A stretch of DNA of 64,000 nt from Epiperipatus broadwayi. Its lineage: Eukaryota; Animalia; Onychophora. The translations under genes were made by a program, and so were the position numbers. Below, piece by piece: positions 38,400 through 52,799 of the stretch. Below the pieces are notes generated by a model. It ran no database searches, was not told the DNA's origin, and saw nothing but the letters and a program-made list of their open reading frames with translations. The stretch covers positions 6,820,001 through 6,884,000 of the forward strand of contig JAQFVV010000008.1 in assembly GCA_028023455.1 (NCBI GenBank), in the 5' to 3' direction. How positions within the stretch are numbered: position 1 is the first letter of the stretch; the number at the start of each line of letters is the position of its first letter.

Positions 38400-41300
38400 T
38401 AATATGACATACAAAAACAATTTTTAAGTATCATACCATGAAGACTTTACATCTTTAGACGAGATAGCAATATGTAATCAAAACAAATGATAAGATTTAA
38501 TGGTTAATGATGTACATTGCTATTTGATAATAACATTTTATTTCGCCATTTGCAATTGTAGATTAAATTCATTTGGAAAAAGAATATAAGAATTGAAAGG
38601 TTTGTTTTAATGTCAAAAAGAACATTATCAGGATTTGTGAAGTCAGAAAGAAAAGTAAAAACAACTGATCTAATCAATAGACATTACATTATTATAAAGG
38701 TATTAATAGAATGAAATTCAATATAAAAATTGAAGAACAACAAAATAACATCGGAGAGATCAACGCTATATCAGAAATAAGACCAAATGCAGATACGTTT
38801 GACTTATGTCCCAATGAAGCCTAAATTCTGATAGAGAAGTATAAAATGATTATACATATATATAGAATGCTTTTTAAAAAAACAAGCAGTAATTTAAAAT
38901 TGTTATGAACACTTTAATAATAAAAATGGAAAATGATTAAGGAATGAAAATGAAAAAATTTGAAAATAGAGCAGAAAAGACTGAGAATATAAACAAGAAA
39001 AGTAGTTGTTTGGTTTTTTTTTAAAAAATACACTGCAAAACTGGATCATATTTTGATTAAGAGAAATTGTGAATTTCAAGACTGTAATCTACCTAATGGA
39101 TCCAACACAAGTAATGCAAAATACAGAGATAAAATCTATTAAAAAAGACAATATTAATTGTTAATATTCTTAACTGTTAGAAAATTTCTAATGAATTTAA
39201 ACTAATTTTACAAATCATTTTAAACATTAAGACTTTAGAAAATGTCTCAAACTTGAACAAGATCTATAAAATGATAACTAATATTCTATTAAGAACTTTT
39301 ACACAACCAAGTAAAAAAAGCAGCCATTCACCAGTAAAATTTCAACTGAAATAAAATAACATATGAAGACAAAAATGGTAAGAAAATATTTAAAAATCCT
39401 CAATTTGCAAGAGTTAATTATCTGTGATTCTATAAATTGATGTAAAAATGAATTAAAACCTAATAAACATCATATGACTTCAGCCAACATAATGCTGAAA
39501 GGAGAAAAATTCATATTTTTACTATTCCAATTCTATTACCTATTTAAAGTAATCATTACATGCTAATACTTATTAAATCTCTATCCACTGCCATCCTATT
39601 CATATCTCTAAGTTAATTTCTGGTGTATGGTCTTTGTCAATGAAGAGTTTTTGGATATAGATCTAGTGTACCTGGATTTTCTTGGATCTAATGCATTTTT
39701 CATCCAACTGCCATTTCACATTCTTTATTGTACCAACAAGCTACCAGTCTGAAAATCAAAAACATCTTAATATCTTGAAGCTAGCCAATTTTCTTGCATA
39801 GTTCTATAGATCTAACACCAGTTTAATATCCATAAGCCAGAACTACTTTGAAGATATGGATAAGACAATACTGCATAGGAATTTAAAAAACATTATTCAG
39901 CATCAACAATTATTCAAGATAATAGTAGGTGACAAAATTGGAATAGTGTAAACATAAGTTTGCTCCTCAAAAACATTATATAAACTAAGACCACTCAAAT
40001 TAAGTTAGCCAAAAGATGAAAACATCTATAGTTATTAAAAAACTAAAGACACCAAATATATACTAACCTGATATCAAAGCTATATAATTATGCAAGTAAG
40101 CTGGTTTGGTGTTCAAATTACTAAAAAGTTTTTGTATTTTAGCTCATAGCTTGAGAGTTATATAAAAAAAGTAAAAGATATAATAAAATCCAAGTGCACT
40201 ACGTACAAATCCAAAAATTTCTCACTGATGAAGATCATATGGCAAAAACAAATCAGAAAATATGGAAAGACAATTAGCTAAGGATTTTTATAAATACTGC
40301 CATATAGCATTTATTGATTACTCAAATTTATAGTTCAGTAGGACAATGATATGAGAGGAGTGTGTTCCACCAAGAATTAGATAACATAAGGAAATATAAT
40401 TGTAAAATGTTAAGAAAAACATAAAAGTCTCAGAAATAGAAATAATGTTAGCATTGGGAAAAAAATTGTTTCAGCAATTAAAAAAAACTGGACTATTACT
40501 AAAAAGAGGATAACATCTTAAAGTATTGAGAAAATTTTGCAATACATAATAAATAAATAAAGGAGCTCATACAAATATATCATCTGTAATGTCTGTCATC
40601 TTTTAAATAAAGAAGTGAAGCCTGCAATTTATGAGGAATGAAAAGTTCCAGAAAATGATTGAATTATAATAGATATTTTAAAAGAAACAGACGTCAGATA
40701 ATTGGAAGAGTACTAAAGTGATATTGATAATTAAGATAGATGAAAATATATATATAAAATTATAAATTTAGTAACTTTCTGTAAATTCTATATACAAAAA
40801 TAATTTACTGAGATTACTAAACTAGTGAAGATTTTGAATCAAGCTGACCAAAAAAAAAATAATAATCTGGACTTAAAAATGATTCCTCACAACAAATCAG
40901 ATTTGAATATAAACAAAAATTATAAAAAGGATTATTGAATATGAGATATTATTTTGCATTGGATTTTTAGATTATGAAAAGATAATGATGATATAAACAT
41001 TTTCATTATGATTAAAGCTTTAGAACAGGAAACTCTCTCCATACAGTAGTGCCACTCAGAGCAAGCCAGAGTAATCAATGGATGCCAAAAGGCTTGTGCA
41101 TAAAATTCCTATCTAGTACTCATCCAATATCTCCAGCCTAGTTTCTAGCTTGTGGCTTTCATCAGTGAAGAGCCTTGGATCTGAGATCATTGCACCTAGA
41201 TCTTAGGACCTAATGCAACCCTCCAGCAGACACCTTTTATCTCTACTTAACTACAAAACTATGAGAATAAAATTGAAAACACAATATTTTCAATCCGGGC

Positions 41301-41950
41301 TCATTAGCTTATATAGTCATATAGGTCTGAACTCAGTTCAGTATCCATACATTGTGTCTTTGGTTATTTAATAACCATAGCCACAACTATCCTATTAGAT
41401 ACAATTGGTATCAAACCACTAAACATCACATGATCACCATTTCTTATGCTTGCTCTTATCATGTAATGATTAAAGCTTTAGAAGATCAAAATATAAACTC
41501 CATCTCTCCACAACTTTTGATAGCAAAATTTTACAAGAAGAATTTTGTGATATAGTGGAAGGCAAAAATAAAATAAATAAAAACCATTTAAGTCATTAAG
41601 ACTACATTTTTATGAAGCGATTTTGATAAAAATATCTTAATATTAAAAGAAAATATATTTATCTGCTTGACAATAAAGTTTAAAAATATTGTACCAGTAC
41701 CTTCTTAAGTGAGATATAGAAAATATCAAAAATGAAATGAAAGATAAGAGTACAAACAAGTAATACTGACATCATTGAAAGAGTTAAGAAACTAAAATGA
41801 GATTTTACTGGATTTATAACTAAAAGAGATGATAACAGTTATACAATTGAAGTCCTGAACTGGATCCCAAACAAGATTATAAAAAGCCATATGTGATACA
41901 ATTGAATAAAATAAAAAGGTTTTGTTGGAATCATGTGAAAAAAGATTGGA
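38400..41950 (+). mobile_element. Mosaic of decayed RTE-like LINE fragments with interspersed Penelope-associated pieces
   Basis: Endonuclease-like CTAKLDHILIKR at ~39030. RTE 3' region TDIIERVKKLK*DFTGFITKRDDNSYTIEVLNWIP at ~41765-41870. Decayed CTGATGAAG hammerhead core at ~40226. Confidence 0.55.
41000..41200 (-). repeat. Penelope-associated ~200-bp unit with degenerate hammerhead (41130-41171)
   Basis: CTGATGA-AAGC-CACAA-GCTA-GAAA-CTA-GGC-TGGAGA on minus; same family as the copies at 21276 and 51012. Confidence 0.75.
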
Positions 41951-42897
41951 GAAACTACATTAAATTTAATGAGACTTTTAATCCTTTATTACTGAAAATG
42001 ATAATTATAACTTTTTTAAAAAAAAAAAAGTTTCAAACTCCATTTCCAATTTACATTTGTCAAACATATATTATTTTTAAATTTTTTAAACCATATATCT
42101 AATATACACTATATTTATTTTTGATGCTATAAGAAATCAAGCCAAAGTAGAAGACAAATATACCAATTTTAATTTATAATTCATGATTATGTCATGAGAA
42201 AGCATCCCCAACAACTTTCTTATCCCCTATTTTATATTCTTTGATTCAAATTCAACTGAACAAGAGATTCATTGTTGCAATCTTTGGCATTACTGTAGAC
42301 ATCAATTAATTTATACCATCCATAAATATTTTATAAATTTCTTATTTCATTATTACCAAACATATGTGCACACACATACATGCGCACCCATAGTTAATGA
42401 CAAAAATAAAGTATTAAATTTTAAATTTATTAAGGAAAAAAAATTTAATGAAGTTAATTAAATATAGATTTACATAAATAAGCAAGTTTAAATTTAACAA
42501 TTTATCGATTTGATATACATATTAGTTGTGTACATTTTTATTTTTATAAGTATATATATATAACTGGATTAGCAATATAACTAACTCATACTAGACTCCC
42601 AAATATCAAGTCTACTATTAAAAAGAAATAAACTGATCAAATTTATATTTAATTTATGGAATTTTATTTGTTGTATCTTGATCCATAGCATTAGCTAGGA
42701 ATGCTCTACCAATATATAAATAAATCAGTCATTATTTATGTTATGGCATACATTTATATAAATTTATAGACTTATGATAATAGTGAAATCCATAATGACT
42801 AAAAAATAAAAAAGGCATTTAAAATTGTTGCAGAAATTATTTAAACTGAAAAAAAAATTTTTTTTAAATTAAAACAAATAATGGTACTTATGTTAAT

Positions 42898-43158
42898 ACG
42901 TAACATGGAGCACATATTAGACATGCCGTACCTTTTCATATTCATATCAATCTGCTAATAACTTCTTTGTAATCTTGTGATCTGACCAAAATAACGTGTA
43001 TGCGGATCTTATACATATTTTCGCAAAAAAAATTTTTTATGAAAATAACGTGTACACGGATCTTTTGTACATGATATTTTCCCAAGATTTCAAAGTTATC
43101 GGCAGATTGAATACATATGTGAAAAGGGGCAGTGTGTCTAATACGTGCTCCATGTCAC
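42898..43158. mobile_element. MITE-like element with ~80-bp imperfect inverted arms and an internal ~45-bp tandem duplication
   Basis: GTAACATGGAGCACATATTAGACA... is mirrored by ...TGTCTAATACGTGCTCCATGTCAC. AAAATAACGTGTA(T/C)(G/A)CGGATCTT occurs twice inside. Superfamily and TSD not determined. Confidence 0.6.
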
Positions 43159-43169
43159 AGGACCAAGCA

Positions 43170-43800
43170 TACAAAATGTCATAAAATCAATATGTCATAT
43201 ACGACTTATCACGGGAGAAATACAAAGAGTCTCATACTAAACATATAAAATTTGACCTAAAAAATCGATATTAAACAGTTCACTTTTTAAGAAATTAATA
43301 CGAGACATCAAGGGGCAGCATATCATATACGATGTATCGCAAGAGAAATATACATATTAAACAGTTCATTTTTAAGAAATTAATATGAGACATCACAAAA
43401 TCAATACATATGTCAAGAGGGATAGCATGTAATATACGACTTATCACAGGAGAAATATACATTTAATAACATTACTAAACATAAAAAAATTTGACCCTAA
43501 ATTAGAAAGATCCAAAAAAAGGCATGAAATATATACATTTTCACTAAATATATATGGCATTTAGATGAAAAACTACTACACATAAAATCTGATTTAAAAA
43601 AAAATCGCTAAATTACAAAGATTCCCTGATATATGATTTTAAAAAAAGGCATGAAATATATATGACATTTTCACTAAATATATACGATTTAGATAAAAAA
43701 CTACTAGACATAAAATTTGATCAAAAAATTATCAGAGATCAGATAAAGAACATGTTTTTGATATAAAAGATATGACAATTTTGCATTAACTCTCGTATGT
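43170..43800 (+). repeat. Modular imperfect tandem repeats, probably TE subterminal sequence
   Basis: ATATACGAC/TTATCAC..GAGAAATA recurs about three times. AAAAAAGGCATGAAATATATA...CATTTTCACTAAATATATA...AAAAACTACTA occurs twice. Confidence 0.6.
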
Positions 43801-46800
43801 CATAAATAGTGGATCTAGACATGTTAGCATATTAAAATTTTTATGGTGAGGTAAGCTATGTCTCCATGTAACACATGCCCTAATTCAGAGATAGTATTAA
43901 AAAAACCAGTCACCTTTTCATTACGACATTCTGTATATTATTAGGTTTTTAATTAATTCTTATTTTATAGTAGGAACATAGCAGGATTTGTTTGACCTAA
44001 TCACAATGTTACACATTTATTGTGGATGTGAAAAGGTGGAACAGGCCTAATACATGCTGTGTCACAGGACTAATATGTAAGTACCCAAATAACATAATCA
44101 TTAATAAAATATAATAAAGTATTAAAACTAATAACTTTTTTCCAAAAATACAAATATTACACAATAAAAAATATATAAAATTATTATTAATGGTGTCCAA
44201 TAGCATAGAACATATCTCATTTATGATGTATTATTTATAGTTTATATACTATCTAATGTATTGAAATTTCTTTTCATTTTTTTTTTTAAGTATTAGCCAT
44301 GTTATATCACAGTTTTCAAGTAGATTTATTTTTTTTTTTGTTGGCTTTTTATTGGTTCAACAAATGTATGTTTTAAAGATTTAGAACTTCTAGAAATTTG
44401 GCTTAGTTTCTGCTTCAAACATTTTCACAGATATCTGATAAAATTTTCCATTATAAACAGATTGACTGCTAAATGCTTGAACGAGTTGCAGCAATGCACA
44501 AAAGAGTATTTAACCATATATATTGGGAATAGCTGGATTGTTACATAAATTTGAAGAATTTCCATATTACTTTAAAAATGATCAGCTTACTCCTGTTAGA
44601 ATAAATGATACTTGAATTTAAAAATCAGCAACATGGATTTAAGTTAGCCACTGCTCTTAATTTTTTTTTGCAGTCTCATTCATTCTGAAAAGTATTTATA
44701 CTCTTTTCAAACTGATAGCACAGAACTTAAAACAAAACAACCCCCCTCTATAATTCTTTTGCTTTCAAGATTATAATTTAATCCTGTAATCTATTAATTA
44801 ATAACAATCTCATTTCTTATTATCTAATAAAAACATACTTTTCTGTGATTAAATTTAGACCTTTCCCTCTTTTTAATTTAAAAAAAATAATAATAATAAA
44901 GACACACATAAAAAAAAAAAAAAACATTTTAACTTTTATTATAAATTTAATTTTCTTTTCTAAGAAGTATAATTGATTGCAAATTTCTTTTAAGGTAACA
45001 ACATATGAAAATAGGTCTAATACTAACAAATTATTCCTATTGATATCTATTATTTTTATTTTCTTTTTTTTCTAGAGTAGTGCTATGGAGAGTTTAGGAA
45101 GATAGTTTTTTCTTAAATTGACATATTTAATTAATTTAAAAGTGAAACTAAAATTAATGCAATGATAGTTTCTTATATTCAGGAGACACTTAAGCAAATA
45201 AGTGACAAAATAATCTCTTTCTGCATCTACCTGCACATTTTTCTATATAGTCATATAACTTGCTTATGGCATTTTAACAATCAAATTTTCATTATACAGT
45301 ATTTATTAATTTTTTATTTATATATGTATGTTTTCACATATAAGATTATAGTATATATATACATTGCTTTTCACATAAAAACAAAGAGGGAAATATGGTA
45401 CTTTATAAAAACAATGACAAATTTTATTAAATGAATTATTTTTAACTATTATTTAAAATAAATATATATATACATTGGTGATACCAATTTATACTCATAT
45501 AAAAAGACTACAATAAAAAGTGAAAATAAAATTTAAAAAAGAGTAAAAGTGGAAATAAAGTAAAAGAATATTACAAAAAAAACATATACCATTTACACCT
45601 TTCTTCAACACTTTATATATATGTTAAAGTAGAAATCAATACATAGGAAAAGGCAGAAAAAGAAAAATAACTGTATATATAAATTGTTTTAATATAAACT
45701 CAGCAATTATTTCACTAAAATTGCAAATGTTATGGGAAAAAAATGATGAAATGTCCTAACAAAAGCAATTCCAACTGGATATAATATGCTATTAAATAAA
45801 AATATATGAGAAACCAATAAGATAAATATACAATTTTGCAATAACATAACATATTTGCCAAATTTGCATCAATTGTTGAAAATAATATTAATAAAAATTT
45901 GCTTTCATATTTGACATACATTATATGATATAAAAATTGAACTTAACTTTTAAAAATGTGATAAATACATTTTATCTTTTATAAAGAATAATTAATTTGT
46001 TTGTTTGCTTTTTGTTATTTAATTTTTGTCACTCGATTAACTTTTAATAATGTTTTTCTCTTTTGCAAGTTATATCCAATACAAAAAACAGACATATATT
46101 TGATGAAAATGAAGCAAAATCCATCAGATATTTAGAATTACATATAAATATTTAATTTCCAAACCAATATATTAATTAAAGAAAATTATTTTTGTTTAGC
46201 ATTCAGTAATCTATAGGACCATCAAGATGTGCAATGTAAGAATTAACTAAGATACATGTGACTACTTACTACTTACTTAGGCCTACCATTTAAAGTGATA
46301 CTTTAGATTTCAACCAATATGCTCTGTAAATGATAAATCTTGAAATCAAATTAGACCAAAAAATATATGGAGCTATAGTAACCACTAAATTTAAAGATAT
46401 TGGTAGTGTTGGTGGTGGCATTATTTTTCTGGAAAAACAATCACAGATTTATATGTCAAAAGAGCAAAGACATGGCATTCATAAAAGGAGAATTGAATAA
46501 CTTTTTATTCACACTACAGCCAAAATTATTACTCATTATTAATTATGATATGGTGTAATTCTTATTTATGCAGTTTTGTTGATCTCCAAGTCTACTAATA
46601 ACATTGTGATCAACATAAATCACAATTGCCTATAACTTGATAACTTTTAATATATGAAAAAAAATTATGAAGATAACAACTTTTCATGACTGCACAATAA
46701 AAATTAAAAAATTATAAGAATTTGGATTTTACATTATAATGTTCACATATTTAGAGAGACTTTGTTTTATGTTTCATCATTACATGGTTTTTCTCTACCT

Positions 46801-48733
46801 TTTCTCATAACTCTTGTGTTGAGGAAGAGATTTCTATTTTAGAATTAGGGGATATTGAAAAAAGATTATAGATTAAAGAGTTTTTATTATCTGCATCAGA
46901 TAATATAACCTGAGATTCAGTGGTCACATGTTACTTAATAATCCGTTGCTTTATTCTTGCTTTATAGTCAATTAAATTCTATAAACAAAACTATTACCTA
47001 TCATAAAATAAAACTAACATTGCACTTATTTGTCTAATACAAATGATCATGAATGCTCACATATATATTCTGTATAATGTTTCACTTACAAATTTAGTAT
47101 TTTAGCATTCTATATTTGAACTTAAATGTCAGCTATGACTATATCCTGTTTATATTTCTTATTTTAATGCTAATATCTATTAAAATATTAAAATTCTTAT
47201 TCTAGTATAAAATCATGTTTGACAAGATTTTACCTACAAGCTAAAAACCAATCAAAAGTAGCCAAAAAAATCCTGATTTATCTTAATTTCATCCTGTATA
47301 ATTGTAAAAATGAATACAGAAGAAGGCACTGCAAAAGTTTGTCTTTAGTATTACAATATTTTGCAAAATGACCAATATTTTGCAATATGACTGCTTAATA
47401 TTTCTGTGTTTATATCACAACTATTAATGTTAAATTTCTTTTAACCACAATATTATTGGTACTAAAACTTTGTTTTTGATATTACGTTTAGAAATCTCAA
47501 AATTTAAAGTTGTATTTTCTTCTGTTTTTCTTTACACTAAAATTAACAATATTGAATAATTTATTTCTAATTTATTTCATTAAAGTTTTATCCTACAAAA
47601 AACATTTTTGTCACAGTATTTTTTTCAAATTCAATTTATATTCTTTTCTTTTTATACTCTTTCAATATTTATTGAATCATTTTGAATTTTTAACTACAAT
47701 ATTACTATAAATTGTATTGGGTTATATTTACTAAATTCATTGACTATTATACCTATTTGGCTGACACCCTGGTTTTTATTTAAAATAACTTTTAAAACCT
47801 TCAATACTTTATCATAATCAGTTTTTGTTTTTTGTTTTTTGTGTTTAAAATTCACACTATAGTAAAAAACAACCTTCTACTTTCATCAAATAGTCAATCA
47901 TTTTAATATTTTGAAACATTTTTAAAAGAAATTTAATCAAACAGTATTACAAATAGAAGCATGTTTAGTTTTTAACATTTTTCCAAATGTCTCATGATAT
48001 TTTTTGGCTATTTATTTGTTACACCTAAAAAAAAACAGAGAAGCTTAATTGCCTGTTTCTGTAAGTTTGAGAACATTGTTTTATTACCTTTTCATCAAAT
48101 GCTTTTAAGTTACAATCTCTGTTGTTAGTTTGTTTGTAAAACACTTTTACTTAAATTGGAATAAAATTTTAAAATCAAGATTTAATATATTTATATTCAA
48201 TATAATTTGTTCAAATTTGATACATTTCATATAAATCACTAGCAATGTAATATGACACAAAAGGTAATTTTACCTAATATCTTAAAAACAGAACAGTCAA
48301 CAAATACAATTTCAAATATTTTTATATCAAATTTAAAATAAGTTATCACTTCAATAAATTTTCAATAATGCATACAAGAGGATGATATATATATATATAT
48401 TTGATTTGCTGGTTTGTTTCAATTAAATGCTTTTATTGAAATTAAAATAAAATTTTAAAATCGAAGTTTAATATTTATATTCAATATAATTTGTGAAAAT
48501 TTAATACAATTCTTATAAATTACTGATAATGTAATATGATATTAAACTATTTTATATAGGTTATCTAGTTTGTTAAATAAAGAGCAGTGAACGATGAACA
48601 AAACTGTATTATAAACAACTTGATTTAATACTTATGATTTTCCTTTCAAGCTTAAAAGTAGATTAACACCATTTAAAATTGAAATAACAACAAATCTTTC
48701 ATTATAATCTCTAATAAAAATGTGGGAAAGAGG

Positions 48734-48786
48734 CCAGAAATTAATTAAGTCAATCTCTAATAGGGATTGACTTAATTAATTTCTGG
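48734..48786. repeat. 53-bp near-perfect palindrome
   Basis: CCAGAAATTAATTAAGTCAATCTCTA-A-TAGGGATTGACTTAATTAATTTCTGG: 26-bp arms with one mismatch. Confidence 0.9.
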
Positions 48787-50905
48787 ACCTCACACACCCT
48801 TTTATTTCAAGTTAAATATAAATAATCCTTGCAAAGTAAATATAAGTATTGATTATAAAATATTTTTTTATATCTATTATTTATATTTCTAAAATTTGAT
48901 CTTTGTAAAAATTCTTCCAAAATAAGTTACATTATACAAATTTAAAAAATTGCTGATCCCAACATAACTTTGCTAAAGTATCAAAAATCTCCATGAATGG
49001 TTAAGTAACAATAGTATAGCAGAAAACTATAAGCTCATAGAAATTTTGATTATGTCAACTACTAATTGCGAATCACTATGAATATGTGATTTTATAATTA
49101 TCTGACAACATTTCACAGAGCGACAATGTTAATAACCTTAAAGATTCCAAAAAAATAATATGCCTCTTATGTTTAATATTATTGAAGTTATGATCAAACT
49201 GTTGGTTGCAACTTTTCTGATATTATTCATTAATTTGTACTGTAACTCTAAAGCTGATCTCCAAATAAAAACTCTTAAGATAAACACTGCTTTCTCTAAA
49301 TAGTGCACTAATAGCCTTTAGTCTGAATTTATATATAAACACAGAACTTGTATCTTTAACTATTAAAAGCCAGTTTTTTTTCTGTGTCATTTAAAGAACT
49401 ATGATTCTTATCAACAATGTTATTTATACTTAAACATTTTGTTTGTTTATTTATTTGGCACAAATCCAGAGTTTTCTCTAGCTTAATGTCAATTAAAATA
49501 AATATGTCTCAAAACTTTCAAAAATGTGATCTATTACAAAAAAAAATTTGCAAGTTAAAATTTTTTCTGTGATCAAGTAAGAAAAAAATTCCCATATTGT
49601 AATTATGTGCAAAATGCTTTCCAAGTCCACACCAAAATCTTAAAGAAATAAACACAATGATAGAAAAATCATAATAAAAAATTGAGTTGAAAAGTAATGT
49701 ATTAAATAATCTATATTTTAGTATAAGCTTGATATTCCATGAATTTGGGTGTAATTTAAATAATTATATCCAAAATATAAAGCATTTAAAAAGTAGCAAT
49801 TTGTTTGTCATTCAAGTAAATTTGAAAATATTTTCTGATTAAGTTGATGTAAAAGAGTTAATCTTCAATTGTCATAAAATGTTTGTTTTATTTTATGAGC
49901 AATTGTTCCACGGCAAGTTCAGGAGACATTTTAGGAGCATAAATTCTATTTTATAAATAATGTTACTGAAATTATGCCTACATAGTCTGGGTTTTCCTAT
50001 TTTAATATCGATATCCTTTTTGCTGTCACTAATAACTCAAGGATTGTTCCATATACTAAAACTTATTTAAAATATAATCCAAACATACAAAGATCAATAA
50101 TCCCTCAAATTTTTGAAAAATTGATATCCTGCTTAATTTTTTTCTCTCTCTTTTAAATTTTTATTAAAATAATACTATATCATAAATTGAAAGTTATTCT
50201 TTTATTTATTTTTAACATCTATACTAAATTTTTTGATTTACTTGTAGAAAAATAATTATACAAAATTTTATTATTCTCACTTATTTTATATGCTGTTTAA
50301 TTAGGTATTTTATTGTTCACAATGAAATATTAATATCATTAGAATTGTTTTAATTATCCATATTAATCGCTTGAGAGTTAATATTAGAATTTTTTACTGT
50401 ATGACATTCTGTTAAATTTAAATATTGATTATTATACAATAAAAAAAATCTAATAAATTTTCCAAACTTTATTTTCAGCATATCAACTAGTAAAAATGTT
50501 CATACATATTTATAAATCATACTTATTTAAATTAATATTAACTTTAATTAAATGACAGTATATTACAACTCAGCAAAATGCTAAATCCATAATAAATAAT
50601 CTTATCCTTAAGCTTAAATGTGATAATTTTAAAACCTCAATAAAAAGTTTCCAAGTTAAATAAATTCAGAATATAGCCAACATAATAAAAATTGATTCTA
50701 TCTTTAATGATTATTTAATATATACTGTACTTATTATTTTATTTGGCATATGGATTTTGTTTTTTTAATCAGCTTAACTATTAACTAAATATCATAAATG
50801 AATCCATAGAGAAACCAACCAGAAAATAGATTCATTAACAGTTTTATTAAGTTTTTCAACCTTGCCAGTGTAGACATTGATTCAACAATCATTAATTATA
50901 TAATT

Positions 50906-51145
50906 CAGGCAAAACTCTCTAAACGTATTGCCACTCAGTGCAAGCCAGAGTAATCAATAGATGCCAAAGGCTTGTGCATAAAATCCCCATCTAGTACCTA
51001 CTCATCCAATATCCCCAGATTAGTTTCTGGCTTGTGGCCTTAGTCAGTGAGGAGCCTAGATGGGGATTTTATGCACAAGCCTTCTGGCATCCATCGATTA
51101 CTCTGGCTCGCACTGAGTGGCAAAACGTATAGAGAATTTTGCCTG
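50906..51145. repeat. Hairpin of the Penelope-associated unit: ~89-bp inverted arms around a degenerate hammerhead (51012-51053, minus)
   Basis: Arms 50906-50994 and 51056-51145. The loop reads on minus CTGACTA-AGGC-CACAA-GCCA-GAAA-CTA-ATC-TGGGGA. Confidence 0.85.
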
Positions 51146-52166
51146 TTTTAATAACAGTTAAGAGCAAGCATAAGAAATGGTGATTATGTGATGTTTATTG
51201 GCTTAAATTATATAATTCATGGTTTATTTTTATTCATATCTATATAGATCAGTTAGTTTTCTCAAAATAAACAACAATTTCTTGGCAATCTGGGAACTAT
51301 ATGAACATCCACAAATCAACAGAGATGAATCATTAGATACATAATAAAAAAATGTATTATTTAAACAGCAAATATGAAAAATGAACTGAATATGCAAAAG
51401 CACAGAATATTATTTTATTATATTTTGAAAGTATATTTTATGTACTGTAAAGAATTATACATATACTTCCAATTTTAGTTAAATATAAATGCCAATGCAA
51501 TACCTAAAGTATTATATAAAAGAATGTGTAATATAGACTATTAATTTCTAAAATCTATATATATACAAATAAACACAAGTAAAATTACTGTACATACAAT
51601 AAAAAATTAACTGCATCTGAAAGTGTAAAATGTATAATAATCATGCATTTAAACTGACTTCTCATTAGCCTTGAAATCTATGTATATTTCAAACTTTCAA
51701 AACAGATTAATATGTGCTGTAAAATTTCACAATTATTATAGTTTTCATGCTTACAAAGTAAACAATAATGTTTTTCAATATATATTTTATGCATAGCTTC
51801 TATTGATTTGTTGATATAAGTAGATCCAAATCTGAGTTGCTGAGGAATTAGTGTTGATATTACTAAAATCAATTGTCTAGTGAAGATTTTCATATTTTGG
51901 CAAATGAACAAATTGTGATCAAATATAAATTTCAGAAAATACATTAGACATCTTAATGCAATTAATATTTGAAAAATGTGTAATTATTAAATAGCGAGAT
52001 AAATGCATAATCATTTAAACACAATAGTAAACAAATCATAATATTTTCCTGTAATATATACAAATTAAAATCATAATTTATTCACAATTGTTATGTTTAA
52101 AGTAATGTTTAAGTGTAAGCATTAATCTAAAAATAATAAAAATAAAAACAATGAGAAAAAACTAAC

Positions 52167-52723
52167 TTTGCAACAGCATAATATCCAATATGGCATGGTT
52201 TGGCTACTCTCCTTGGACTAAAATCTTGGCGGAAATGATCACTTTTTAACATCATAGGATAATCTTTTTCAACTTTATGAGGAGTCAACATCATGCGAGT
52301 TCGATATCTAACTTTCAAAGAAATAGTACCTGTAGGGGTGCCAACAGAACCTACTTCCACTTGCTCATATCCCTCACCCAAGTTATAAACTTGTGGTTCA
52401 CCTAAATAAATTCTATAACAAATAACATAGGTGTCACTACCCTGGCGACGAGAAAGTTTATAGGCTGGAGTAACCCTGGTAACAGCAAGTAAAGATTTTA
52501 ATAAAATACCCATCCGATTGTATACTGTATAAGTAATACGAACACTAGAATCACATTCTGACAATATGCCTAAACTCCAAGTTTCCAAAATCATCGTATC
52601 TCCTTCAACAGTTTTTAAAGAAATTTCAATACATAGAGTCTGTCCTAATGTAGGTATTTGATTTCCTAAAGCTTTTTTGGTTTCTGTAAGTACTTCTGGC
52701 ATATCCTTTATAGCAAGGTTAAA
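52167..52723 (-). CDS. ATG13: ATG13 coding exon, HORMA domain
   Basis: TTTTAG acceptor, phase 0: FNLAIKDMPEVLTETKKALGNQIP...CIEISLKTVEGD...TYTVYNRMGILLKSLLAVTRVTPAYKLSRRQG...YRIYLGE...VGSVGTPTGTISL. This closely parallels human ATG13. The GTTAGT donor at 52166 gives the phase required by the next exon. Confidence 0.97.
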
Positions 52724-52799
52724 CTAAAAAATATATATATATATACATGAATATATACATATATAAGATTAAAAATAATAAATTTAAAATAAAATTGAA

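Noticed and set aside
46330-46500. 56-aa ORF MINLEIKLDQKIYGAIVTTKFKDIGSVGGG...
   Set aside because: Short, antisense within an ATG13 intron, with no recognisable family or convincing exon structure.
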